64,000 nucleotides of DNA from Lama glama. Lineage: Eukaryota. This document shows, one piece after another, positions 37,555-50,800 of this stretch (positions within the stretch are counted from its first letter, which is position 1; each line of letters starts with the position of its first letter). Where the stretch lies: assembly GCA_028534125.1 (NCBI GenBank), contig CM052816.1:59088001-59152000 (forward strand). The letters run 5' to 3'. The translations under genes were made by a program, and so were the position numbers. The notes beneath the pieces were generated by a model. It made no database searches and was not told where the DNA came from. It was given only the letters and a program-made list of their open reading frames with translations.

Positions 37555-38640
37555 TTTTTAACTATATTTTAATGGCCACATAAAATTCCTCAAATGGTAT
37601 ATTTTGATTTACTTTACTATCCCCTTATTGAACATTTGGATAGTTTTAATTTTTTCATAATTACAAATAATGCTGTGATGAACATCTTGGTAAATGAACC
37701 TATTCCCATATTTTGGATTGTTTCCTTAGGACAGGTTCCCAGAAGTGAAATTACGGGATCAAAAAGTAACTACATTTTTATGCTTCTTCATACTTGTTGC
37801 CAAATTGCTTTCCTAAAGAGCTGCACCAGTTACAAACATAGCAGCTATAGATAAAAGTGCAACTGTTACTATGTATCTCCAGCATTGGATTTTATATACT
37901 TTTTGGATAATTTTTGCAGTAAAATGGTATCTTTTTTTTTTGTAATTCTTATTTTTTATTGAGATGTAGTCGATTTATACTGTCAATTTCAGGTATACAG
38001 CAAAGTGATTCAATTATATTCAAACATATACATCATACATACATATTTTTTTCTTCAGATTCTTTCACATTATAGCTCATTACAAGAAATTGAATACAGA
38101 TCTTTGTGCTATACAGTAGGTCTTTGTTGTTTATCTGTTTTATATATAGTAATGTGTTTCTGTTAATCCCAGACTCTTAATCTATCCCTCCCCTCCCTTC
38201 CCCCAATACCTTTTTAATTGGATTTTTAATTTGGATTTTACTGAGAGTGACGGCCTTTCTAATTTTTTTCTATTTTTTTCCTATCTTAAGTTGTCTTTTC
38301 TTTGTCCATTCAGAGATCTTGATAACTCTCAATAATTTAAGTTCTTTTTTTTAACTCTGAAGATATTATCCATTTGTGCATTATAAATGTTACAAGTAAT
38401 TTCTTTAGTCTGTGACTTCTTTTAATATATTTGTTTGTTTTTTATTCATTTATGGGCATTTAGGATTTAGTAGTAAACCAGTTGACTTTTCCCTTCTAAA
38501 ATATCTTCTTACAAAGCTTACCAAGTCATTCTCTCTTCAGATGTTTGATAGCTATCTGATTCCATTTTTTTCTATGATTTGAATTTTTTAAAGCAGTTTA
38601 CTTGTTAATCCATCTGGAATTAATTTTAGTCTATGGTATA
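37555..38640 (-). mobile_element. Old L1ME fragment containing a younger L1 3' tip (about 37945-38205)
   Basis: ttacaaataatgctgtgatgaacatc...ggacaggttcccagaagtgaaatt. The nested tip reads ttgagatgtagtcgatttat...gtgctatacagtaggtc. Confidence 0.75.
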
Positions 38641-39860
38641 AGAATGCATTTTTTTGTTTATTTTAAGCGATTCTTAATTTAGAATTTCCTTTTGGAAAAA
38701 GTAAGTTTAAGGTGAAGAACTTAATTTAAGAGTACTTGGTAGGAAGTCACTAAGAATAATGGGATGTAACCTTGTCTGGTTGGGAGAAGTGAAGCAGGGA
38801 GTTGAGGGAATTAAAGCATTGAGGGTAGGGGCTGTGAAATTAATGGATGTAACTTAGTTGAAAGCAGGAAGATGGAGAAAATAATTACTTTCAGCTCTAT
38901 TTATTTGTGAAATGCCAATATGCCTAGATTGTTTATTGAGATGTTCTTTATGAGATCAAAGAATCAGTCACATTATCAATCTTTACTGATATATTTTCTT
39001 TATTGTGCATTATCAGCAAATTCTAAAGTAACAAAGGAGACTATTAGGAAAGCATTCATCTATTCTTTCACTTAATAAATATTTATTGAACACCTACATG
39101 TGCAAACCAGTTTTTAGTGCTGAGGATACACTGGTGAGCAAAACAATTGAGATCAAAGTGTCTATACGTCTCCACCTATCAGCAAAAGACTTTGTACCCA
39201 ATACTTTCAAGACACCCCCAATATGGCTCCAGTTTATCCTGCCAGTCATATTGCTCACTCTTCTCCTAAATATAACATATGTTTTAATCAACCTAGACTC
39301 CACTATTTCCTGAGAACCTCTAGTACTGTGGGCTCTGGCCTTTTATTTACAGTGCCCCTTCTTTTTCAGTACCCCCCACTCCATATCTTCATTTAGGAGG
39401 TATTGAGTGCCATTCTTGCCAAAGCTTTTGCTCATATTCTGCCTTTGCTCCTTTTGATGGAACTTGGATTTTGGCTGATTGTCTTTTCCCTCATTTCTTC
39501 CTTATTAAACTGTAAACTCCAAAGAGCAGAGATAAGAGCTTCTTCCATTTTCTGATTCTTATAGCTCTAGTATAGTACCTTGTGATTAAGTTCTGGCCAA
39601 TGACACATGAGTGGAAGTGATAAATATCACCAGAAGAGCATGTATGCTGTACAGTACAGCTACAAGATGGCAAGTGACCACCAACCATATATGGAAAGGC
39701 AGTTTTATAAAGTTTTGTAAAAACAGGCAGCAAGCTGGATTTGGTCTATGGATGCAGTTTTTCAATACCTGATCTATCATGTCCTGACCATACCTCTCAC
39801 AAAGTATTGTGGGTTTTTGTTTTTGGGTTTTTTTTGCTATAAAATCTCATTAAATGACTT

Positions 39861-39884
39861 TGTGCGTGTGTGTGTGTGTGTGTG
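39861..39884. repeat. (TG)n microsatellite
   Basis: tgtgcgtgtgtgtgtgtgtgtgtg. Confidence 0.9.
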
Positions 39885-40101
39885 CATGCACACATAAGAA
39901 ATTTTCCCCATTAAAGTCATGAACAAAGCAAGGAAGTCCACAATCCCTGCTACAATTTAATGTTCACTGTTCCAGATATCTAAACTGATGTAAGTGAACA
40001 AGAGAAAAGAATCCAAAAAGTTCAACTGTAAAAGTATTATAAAAAATAACAATACAGAAAATGCCTGAGTATGAAATTAATATAATAAAATCAATAATCT
40101 C

Positions 40102-40453
40102 TGCTTTAGACTGAATGTTTATGTCTTTTAAAATTTATATATTGAAACATAGTCTCCAATGTGACAGTATATTGAGGCGGGGCTTTGGGAAGTACTCAGG
40201 TCATAAGGGTGGGGCCCTCATAAATAGGATTAATGCCCTTATGAAAGAGACCCAGGAGATCTCCCTCACCCCTTCTACCATATAAGGATGCAGCAAAAAG
40301 ATGACTGTTTATGAACCAGGAAGCTCTCAACAATCTCTTGTGAGTTGATCTTGGGCTCCCCCGATTCCAGAATTGTTAGAAATAAGTTTCTGTTATTTAT
40401 AAGCCACCCAAATCTATGGCATCCTGTTATACCAACTGAAACAGATGAAGACA
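40102..40453 (+). mobile_element. MLT1A-like MaLR solo LTR inserted in an old L1
   Basis: tgctttagactgaatgtttatgtc ... aggtcataagggtggggccctcataaataggattaatgcccttat ... aagccaccca ... gaagaca. Confidence 0.88.
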
Positions 40454-40799
40454 GGCTCTCTATGCAAACAATTATCCTTTAGAAAATATCATATAGAACT
40501 ACAGTTTACAACAAAACCCAAAATAATACAATATTTAGTAGTTAATGTACTAAGAAGTGTTTGAGATTAATACAAAGAAAATTTTGAAAACCTGGATAGA
40601 TAATGAAAACTTGAAAAGAATGAAAGTGAATACCTTGTTTATGCATAGAAAGGCTCATTATAGTAGAGATAATTTTTCCTAAAATTAATTTATAAATTCT
40701 GCTCATAGAATTTAATAAAAAGAGAAAGGATGTTTAAATTTAATCTTTTGAATTGGTACTAAATTATTTAGTTGAAAAATTTAAAAAAGTTTAAAAGTT

Positions 40800-42390
40800 A
40801 ATAACGCATTATTCCTTTCACCGTACGCCTAACTCATATAGTCCTCCCACCAATATAACCTCTATTTTTTCATTTTTAATGTGTCCTTCCAATGTATCTT
40901 TACATTAGCAAATATGAATACATATTCATATTTAACTTTTACGCCAAAGTTATCATACTTATACTGAATTTTGTACCTAATTCTTTTTACTTAATATGTG
41001 GTGGAAATATTTTCATATCACATTATAGCTTCCACATTTTTTAACCTTCATAATATTCTTTGAATGGATGCACTATACTATTGCTTATTTAACTAGTCAT
41101 AGTAATGCTTGAGTACTTTTTACTATTACGATATTGTAAAAATAATATTGACCACAACATTTTCATGTGTATAGATACATCTGTAGGATAAATTCTCCAG
41201 CGCTGGATTGCTGAGTCATGGTGTATTTGCATTTATATCATTTATCTTTCAGTCTTGTTTATGGTAATTTTGCCATGAAAAAGTTTTTTTAAAATGTAGT
41301 TACATTTATCTTTACTTTTTTTTATGGTTTATGGATTTTTTTCTTTTAATCTGGAAGGACATTCCCATTTTAAAATTCCAAGGAAATTTCCTCATTTTTT
41401 TATATTAATTTTATGGTTTAATTTGTACATAAATCTTCGATCCATTGGCAGTGTATTCTGATAAATTGTAAGGAGTTGATATAACAACATTTTTCTAGAT
41501 GGTTACTTTGTTCTTTTAACATCATTAATTTGAAAAGTCATTGTTATCATATACCAGCTTTCCAAATTGATTTGGAATATTCCTCTATTTTTTTATTCTG
41601 TTCTACTGGGCTATCTCTTCATGGCCAATATCACACAATTTGAATTTTTTAGCTTTATCATTCATTTTAATATTCAGTTGAACTTGTTATCCCTTCACTA
41701 CTCTTCCTTTTCAGAATTTTACTGGAGATTATTTATCTATTATTTTTCACATGACATTTAAAATCAGCCTATCTAGTTTCAAACAAGAAGGTGTTCATAT
41801 GTTATAATAAACATGTATTGGTGTGTTAAAAATTATTGTAGCATTAATTTATAAAATAACAATATTTTAATTATCTTCCTATCTTAGAAAACAGTCTGTC
41901 TTTTTGTTAGTTCAAAACTTCTTTTGTGCCCTGTAGAATTATTACATGTATTTTTTTTCCCATGAATTTTTGAGATTTCTTGTTTCATTTCTTCCTAGGT
42001 ATTTTGTGGTAACAATTGTATTGTAAATGGGGCTTTTGTTCCAGTATATCTTCTGATTTTCTGAACATATGAAAGCAATTAATTTATATATTTTAATTTA
42101 ATGAATTCTCTAATTGTTTATAGTAGCTTTTTGATTCAGTTGATTCTTTTGGAGATTCCAGGTATACTTCCTTGTATATAATTTTTATACCATTTTTTCT
42201 TTTCTCTCAGATAATTACATTGCCCTAGCGGTGATAACAAACCTTATTGTGTTATTCCTGACCCAAGTTGAAATGCATCTAGTGTTTGGCCATCAAACAT
42301 GACATGGCTTTGGAGCTAAAATACACATTTAAAAATATATGTTTAGGCAGTCTTCACCAACTATTATTTTAGAAGAGTTTTGTTTCAAAT
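40800..42390 (-). mobile_element. Highly degraded old L1 (L1ME-like)
   Basis: T-rich antisense L1 text, e.g. catctgtaggataaattctccagcgctggattgctgagtca. Confidence 0.6.
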
Positions 42391-42399
42391 CGCATACCT

Positions 42400-45300
42400 G
42401 GAAATCCATAAGAATTACTGATAAGAGACTATAGTTAGATATTATGGTTCAAAATTAATATATGGGTATTAATAGTCCACATAATAAAAAGTATTTTAAA
42501 AAACTATAAAAATAGAAAACAAAAAATAAAATAACGACAGTACTATAGCTAAATATACCTGCCATATCGATAAATGTAAGTGAACTAGATGCATCTATTA
42601 AATGAAAAACTTTTCAAATTGAATTATATATCAAAACCAATTTTGATGAACAGGAGAACACTTAAAATAAAGCTGTAAAGTGTTTGAAAATAAAAGCATG
42701 AGCAAAAAGGTAAGATAGTAGAGCAAATAAAAAGACCCTCTTCCCCCCCAAATAAACCAAAAATGAAGATTGCAGTCCTGATGTTAATTTTAGATAAGGT
42801 AGAATTTAGGAACCCAAATCACTCCAAGGAAATTAATGTTACAGGTGTTTTAATGGTATAGAATGCAATTCATAAGCATGATATTAGTTACAAATATCTA
42901 TAATTTACACATCAGCAACATTAATATAGCAGAAATAACAGGAAATACAGGGGAAAGAGGTCAAAGCAAGGGGAAAATATAGGAAAGGATAAATAAGACC
43001 AATGTAACATAAATAATGGTAGTGGATAAGACTTACATGTAGGAACTAATGATTGAAAATATACCATTTTTTAAAAATGTTCATTAACGTTCATATAAAT
43101 GGACAAATACTAATCTCATATTAACCAGACATTAATCTTAATAAATTCCAAAATTTAGAAGTATTACAGTCAATACTTTCTCATCACAATTCTATAAAAG
43201 TGGAAATTAACAATATCTAAAAACACAGACATATTTACTTGTTCTATAGAAACTTGCTAATGGAGTTGGGGCCTATGAAGATTGTTCAATTTGGTGAACT
43301 CTTCGTTTTCTATGAAGTCTATCTATGAAGTGACAATTCCTGTGTTTAAAAAGTTTCATCAAAGTTTTGTGTGTGTATGTTCAGTCAGCATTTGATAAGC
43401 AACTGAATGGAAAAGAATGGTCTCTGATAAAATTGAAGTCAGCATAGAATGATACTATTATTAAGAATGGGAAGAATGTACTAGTGACTTAATTTAGCTA
43501 TTTCCAGGGGTCACTGAGCCCATTTCCCCATCTGACACTTTAGCTGTCATCATCAAGTGCTTGGATTTTAGTGAGAAGTAAGAAATGGGTGAGAATGACA
43601 AGACTGACACATACATAGGTACTGGGCTTACCTGTTTGTGATCTTGTAGCCAGCTTAGTAAGCTGTTGCTGTAGCAAAAATTTTGTTGAGATTTCAAGAG
43701 TCTGAATTTTAAATCAAATACTTCCCAGATGGAAAGTGTGATTTAACCTTATCAGCTGTATTTCTTTTTTTTTTTTAGAATATAAAACAAAATCAGTACT
43801 TCTTTTTATTTTCTTGAAATCATCCAAAGCAACAGAGATAATGAAAAACAGAAACAAAAGCTCTATTATCATTGAAAGAAGAAGGCATCTGAAACTTAAA
43901 CCATTAAACAGGAGGAAGCGCTGCCCCAAACTGTGAAGGCTGAACAGGAGTATAGGCAGACACAGAGGATGCTTTGAGTTGCACATCTCACAAAAAATTA
44001 GCAAACACACATCTTTACATGGTACAAGCTGAAGTATAAAACCAACATGTCTTTATTTGTTTCAGTGGAGATGAGGTGAGCAGGCTGGCAGATAGCACTT
44101 CTGTTTCCATATGGAAAGAACTTTTGAGAAGCTGTATTTAACAGAAATGGTCTAATGGTGAGACTGGAGAGAAGCTACTCCTAGTTCACAAGGTTAGCAG
44201 TGAAGTATGTTTTTTGTTAGCTGAGGAGAAGGAAAGATTAAACAGTCTCATTCAGGTACACAGTCTGGTGCTGCAAGAATTATTTTATCTTGGAAGAAAG
44301 TTGTTGATCTTTCCCTAAAACAAACTGAGTGTAAATAGCTGATCCAGGAATTACTTATCTTATTCAAAGGTGAACCACCACAACAATAATAAAGGAAACA
44401 CTACAGGATCTATATAGAAATACTACAAGAAAAATTTGGGGTTAAAAGAAAAACAAGTAAAATCATCAGGCAGGGAAAATACTTGTAATTAAAATGTTGC
44501 AGCACAGGTAAAAATTGAGTCAACATATTGCTATAGAGTAGAGGAGAAATTATAGACTTGAAAGATAGGCAAAAGAGATTAAAAAGTATGCATAATTGGT
44601 GCCTCTAAAGTAGAGAACCAAGTAAAAATATAATTCAAGAAAACTTACAGGATTGGAATCTAGAAATTTCTAGGGCATATCCTGTCCCAGGAAAGAAATT
44701 GGCATAGACCACTGACACCAAAATCTTCTTGTAAAGCCAATAAGCTTAAAGCTAAAGAATATTTTGGGCACCTGGGCAAAAACATGAAGTCACCAATAAG
44801 AGAGAAAAAATTTCTGGCCTCAGACTTCTTCACTACAACTTTCAGTGTTGGAGGGGATAGAGTAGTATCTTTAAGTACTGAAGGAAAGAATGTGTAAACT
44901 GAGAATCTTATATTCAGACAAATTGTCATTTATATGTAAAAACAACAAAAATAACAACAACAAAATATTTAACATTAAAAAATGGGGGAATTTTTTTTCA
45001 TAATACCTTTTGAAGATATTAACAGAAGAATTTTAATCAACAAGTAGGTAAATCCAGAAATAAAGATAAAAAGAAATAGTGATGGTCAATAGAATGTAAA
45101 TATCATAAACCCTGAAGATGTAGAAATAATATATATATAAAAATTGATGAGGCTGGGGAATAAAAAGCCAGAGATAATGAAGTTATGCCTGATTTTCAAT
45201 ACTAGGGATCACTGAATAAACTGATAAATAATAGAAATAGAATTATAAAGGTATAAAGGCAAACATTTAAAAAATAGGAAAAATTATTCATAATTTACTG

Positions 45301-47870
45301 GGGAAGAGAAAGTTAATTATTTATGAAAGATTGAGTAGACAACAATAGAGGGAAGAAAAACCCTAATGTATATAAAATTATTGAATATAATTATAATAAT
45401 ACAATTTCTGTGTCATGAAAATTAAAGATAAACTCTTTTCTATCCATTGAACATTTATAAAAATGTATCAAATTTCAAGCCATAAAGTACACCTGAATAA
45501 ATTTTAAGTAGTAGAACCAGGTCCACCAAATATATTCTAATCACTGTGCAAGTAGAATTAGAAGTTAAAACCATAGAACCAAACAAAACAAAATATCACT
45601 TGGGAAAAAAAAACTCTCCCTTAAACAATTTTTTAAGCTGAAGAGGGCATCAAAACTAAAGTTCCCAATTGTCTAGAAAATAATAACAATGACAATGGAA
45701 ATAAAAGGTAAGAGATCCACTGATCCTCATACAGGAAATTTTATAGTAATAAACAATAAATAAAGGGTGAAAATGGTTGAATGAAGTATCCAGTTTTAGA
45801 ATAGTAACAATATAAAAGAAAAACAAAACTAAGGAAAGTAGAAGGAAGGAAAATGAGAATACAACAGAAATTAAAAATTAAAAAGTAGACAATATAGATA
45901 TAAGAAATGCAACAGCTGGTTCAATGGGGAAACATTTTTAAAGGATGTGCTAAGAGAAAAAGGAAGAAAGCATGAATAGGAAATAAGAAGTGACTAGTAA
46001 AATAGCTACATATGCAGAAGAAAATAAAGGATTTACTCAACTTTCTGTGTTCACACTTATAAAAACAAATATGAGAATCCAGATGCAATGTATAATTTTC
46101 TAAAAAATTATAAATTGCCAGAACTGACCCAGAGGAGATAAAAATATCCCACCATTATCATGAGAAAAATAAATACAACAAACTATTCAAGAAATATCCC
46201 CTCCTAAGAAGCAGTGGATTTGATGGATTCAGAGGGGGATGCTACCAGACCTTTAAAGGATAGAGAACTGCAGTGCAATTTAAACTCTTCTTGATCCCAG
46301 AAAAAGAATTTAAGCTTCCAAAACATTTTATAATGCAAGTACAGCACTGACTTCAAAATACCATAAGGACTGAACAAAAAGCTCAAGCTATCAGTGTCAC
46401 TTATGTATATTAATATAAACTCTCAAATAATATAGTTGCAAACAGTATCCAGCAGCACATAAAAATTAATATAGCATGGTAAAGCTTATTTTAGGAAAGC
46501 AAGAATTATTCAATATTATAAAAGTGTATTCCAAAATTTACAATATTAATAGGATATTAATAAGTAAAATAAAACATGTTATTATAACCTCTATAGAGGT
46601 TTAAAAAGCATTTAATAAAATTCAATTTTCATTCTTGAATTTAAAAATCTCTCAACAGATAGAAATAGCCCATGTTTGTGTATGTATGATAATACGTGGA
46701 ATACGTGTATATTCCATTCAACCAGTATGATTCATAATAGGAAAATATTACAAACAGTTCTATTAAAATTAAAAACAAGACAAACCCTATTATCAGTCTT
46801 ATCTAATAAGCTCTAAGGATTCTAGCCAATGCAAGTTAGATTAAAACAACTGAAAAGGAAATATACCAGATTTATATAAAGAAAAAAACTTAAATGCTGG
46901 TAAGAGACTTGGAGACTAATAAAAGAAGACTTGCACAAATGAAAAGGCATATTGTAATTGATTTTGGATAGGAAGCAGTAAAATCAGAAACATGGCTATT
47001 TCCTGTAATCTATAAATTTCATATGATCCCAATAAAAATATCTAAAGGATTTTTCTTGTGGAACTACACAAGCTGTTTCTAAAGTTCAAATGGAAAATAA
47101 GCAAGGATAGCTACGCAAAAATCTGATAAAGAAGATAATAGGAGGGAGAAACTAGCCTACTAGCTATTAGTTCTTGTTATAAAGCTATAATAATTAGAAC
47201 AATCTGGTATTGTTACATGAATAGGCAGGCAGATCAGAAGAATAGAAAAGAAAGAGTAGAATTAGATCCAAGTCCATATGCCTATGTAGTACATGATAAA
47301 GATGATATTTCAAATCAATGGAGAAAAGATGGATTACTCAATAAATGGTATTGGAACAATTGAGTAATCATCTGGAAAAAATTTGAGAACTTTGCATGCC
47401 TTACCAAAATATATTCCCCATTGATTAAAAGTTTCAGCATAAAATATAAAGCCATAAATGCTTTAGAAAACTCTAGAGAATTATTTTTATAATCATGGGA
47501 TAGGAAAGACCTAAACATAACACAAGTCCCAGAAATTATCAAAAAGTGATAAATTAGATTATATTTTTTAAAAAGTTTGTAAAATTCAGTATAATTACAG
47601 TCAAAATGTAAATGACAGACTGGAAGAGATATTTGCAGCTCACAACATATATAAAGAATAATTTGCTTAAATAGAAAGCACTTCTACAAATACATACATG
47701 TCTAAGAATATAACAGAAAAATAGGCAAAGTTTACCAGTGGTGTTTCAAAGAAAAGAAAATACAAATGATTCTGAGAACTATGAGCAGATATTCAATCTT
47801 CCTTACAATTATAGAAGCATAAATTTAAGTAAACTCTGATTTTACTTACATTGTCAGAGATAAAAAAAAA
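42400..47870 (+). mobile_element. Highly degraded old L1 (ORF1/ORF2 remnants), with a possibly unique insert at about 43.25-44.3 kb
   Basis: A-rich sense L1 text: ataaatgtaagtgaactagatgcatctattaaatga (endonuclease start), tggcctcagacttctt (ORF1), and aatggagaaaagatggattactcaataaatggtattggaacaattg (ORF2). Confidence 0.65.
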
Positions 47871-47899
47871 AAACTGTTGGTGGTAGTGTGAATATACAT

Positions 47900-50800
47900 A
47901 TAAAATTATAACCTCACTTAGCATAATGTTTTCAAGGTTCATCCATGTTATAGCATATGTCAGTACTTCATTCCTTTTATTGTTGAATCATGTTCCATTG
48001 TATGGATATGCCAAATTTTATTTATCCATGCATCAGTGCATGGATATTTAGGTAGCTTCCAATTTTTAGCTATTATGAATAATACTTATATTATGAATAT
48101 TCATGTACAAGATTTTTGTGTGGACATACATTTTTGTTTCTCTTAGCCATATAATTAGGAGTAGAATCACTGGTCTGTTTTGTCACTATAGATTAGTTTG
48201 CATTTTCTAGAATTTTGTATAAATGGAATCTTTTATATACTCTTATGTCTCACTTCTTTCATGAGGCATAATGATTCTGAGATTTATCTATTGTGCTATG
48301 TGTATCAGTTGTATGTTTCTTTTTATTCCTGAGTGGTGTTTGGCTATATAGATATAATGCATTATGTTTATCTATTCACCTATTGGTGTTCATTTGAGTT
48401 GACTCCAGTTTTCGGCTTTCATTGATAAAACTGCTATAAGCTTTCATATACAAGTCTTCTGTGGACATATGTTTTAGTTTCTCTTGTCCAAATACTTAGA
48501 AGTGCAAGGGTGATGTGGTAAACATTGCATTGGCTATCACACTTGATATCACATTTTTTAAAGAGTGTTTTCTTTAGAGCAGTTCCAGACTCAATGAAAA
48601 ACTGAGATAAATGTACAGAGATTCTCATTACCCCAAGGCATGCATAGCCTCCCCCATTATTAATAGCCCTCACCAGAATGGTACATTTGTTACAACTGAT
48701 GAACCTATACTGACATGGCATTATCACCCAAAGTCCATAGTTTACAATAAGGTTCACTCTTGGTGGTGTATATTCTATGGGTTTGGACAAATATATAACG
48801 ACATATATCAATCATTATAGTATTGTATAGAGTATTTTCACTACCCTAAAAATCTTCCGTGTTCCACCAATTCACCCCCTCCTCCAACACATACACATAC
48901 AAGACTGGACAATACTGATCTTTTTACTGTCTCCATAAGTTTTTCCTTTTCAAGAATGTCAAATAGTTGGAATCATATAGTACGTAGCTTTTTCAGATCG
49001 ACTTCCTTCACTTAGTAATATGCACTTAAGTTTCCTCCATGTCTTTTCATGGCTAGATATCTCATTATTTTTAGCATTAAATAATATTTCATTGTCTGGA
49101 TGTACCATAGTTTATCCATTAACCTACTGAAGGACATCTTGGTTGCTTCTGTGTTTTGGCATATCTGTAAGTTTTGTGTGGACATAAGTTTTCACCTCCT
49201 TTGAGTAAATATCAAGGAGCTTGATGGATCATGTGGTAAGAGCATATTTAGTTTTATAAGAAAAGTTGAAAACACAATTGTTTTCAAAAGTGGCAGTACA
49301 ATATTGCATTCTTACCAGCAATGAATGAGAGTTTCTCTTGCTCTACATCCTCACAGCATTTGGTGTTGGTAAGTGTTCTGGATTTTGGCCATTCTTGTAA
49401 GTATGTGGTGGTATCTTATTGTTTTAATTTACATTTCCCTGATGACATATAATGTGAAGCATCTTTTTATATGCTTATTTGCCTAATGTGTATTTTCTTT
49501 GGTGAAATGTCAGTTTAAGTCTTTGGCCCACTTTTCAACTGGGACAGTTTGTTTTCTTATTGTTGAGTTTTAAAAGTTTTTGTATATTTTTGGATAACAG
49601 TCCTTTATCAGATATGTCTTTTGTATTTTCTCCCAAGCTGTGGCTTGTCTTCTCATTCTCTTGACAGTGTATTTCTCACAGCAAATTTTTAAAAATTTTA
49701 AAGTCCAGTTTATTATTTTATTCATGGATCATGCCTTTGGTGTTATATCTAAAAAGTCACTGCCATACCCAAGACCATCTAGATTTTCTCCTATGTTATC
49801 TTCTATGAGTTTTATATTTAGGTCTATGATTCATTTTGTATTGATTTTTGTGAAGGAGATAAGGTCTGTATCTAGATTTTCTTTTCAACATGGATGTCTA
49901 GTTATTCCAGCATCAAATAATTAAAAAGACTGTCTTGTCCAATTATGTTAACTTTGCTTCTTTGTCAAAGATTAATTGACTATATTTATTTAAGTCTACT
50001 TATGTTCTCTCTATTCTGTTTCACTGACCTATTTGTTCTTTCACCAATATCACACTGTTTTGATTACTGTAGCTTCATAGTAAGTCTTGAAAAGTCTTAC
50101 AGTTTTGTTCTTAAATATTGTGTTGGCTATTCTGCAGCTTTTGCCTCTCCATATAAACATTAGAATTAGTTTATCAGTATCCCCAAAATAACTCACTGGG
50201 ATTTTTTATTTGGATTGCATTGAATTTATATATCAAGTTAGGAAGAACTGACGTCTTGACAATATTGAGTCTTCCTATCCATGAACATGGAAAACCTGTC
50301 CATTTATTTAGTTCTTTAACTCTCTCTCCAGAGTTTTGTAGTTTTCCTCAAATAGATCATGTATACATTTGGTTAAATTTGTACCCAACTCTTTCATTTT
50401 GGGAGGTGCTAATGTAAATGATATTGTGCTTTAAGTGTCAATTTTCAGTTGTTTATTGCTGATGTATAGGAAAGTGATTAACTTTTGTATATTAACCTTG
50501 TGTCCTGAAAACTTACTCTAACTGCTTGTTAAATCCAGAAAAATTTTTGTTAATCTTTCAGGTTCTACATAGATGACCATATCATCTGTGAACAAAGATA
50601 GTTCTATTGATTCCTTCCTAATCTGTATATCTTTAATTTCCTTTACTTGTCTTGGTGCATTAACAAGAACTTCTAGTATGATATTGAAAAGAAGTAGTGA
50701 GAGGGGTCATCCCTCCCTTTTTCCTGATCTTAGTGGGAACGCTTCACATTTCTTACCATTAAGTATGATGTTAGACATAGATTTTTTTGCAGATATTCTT

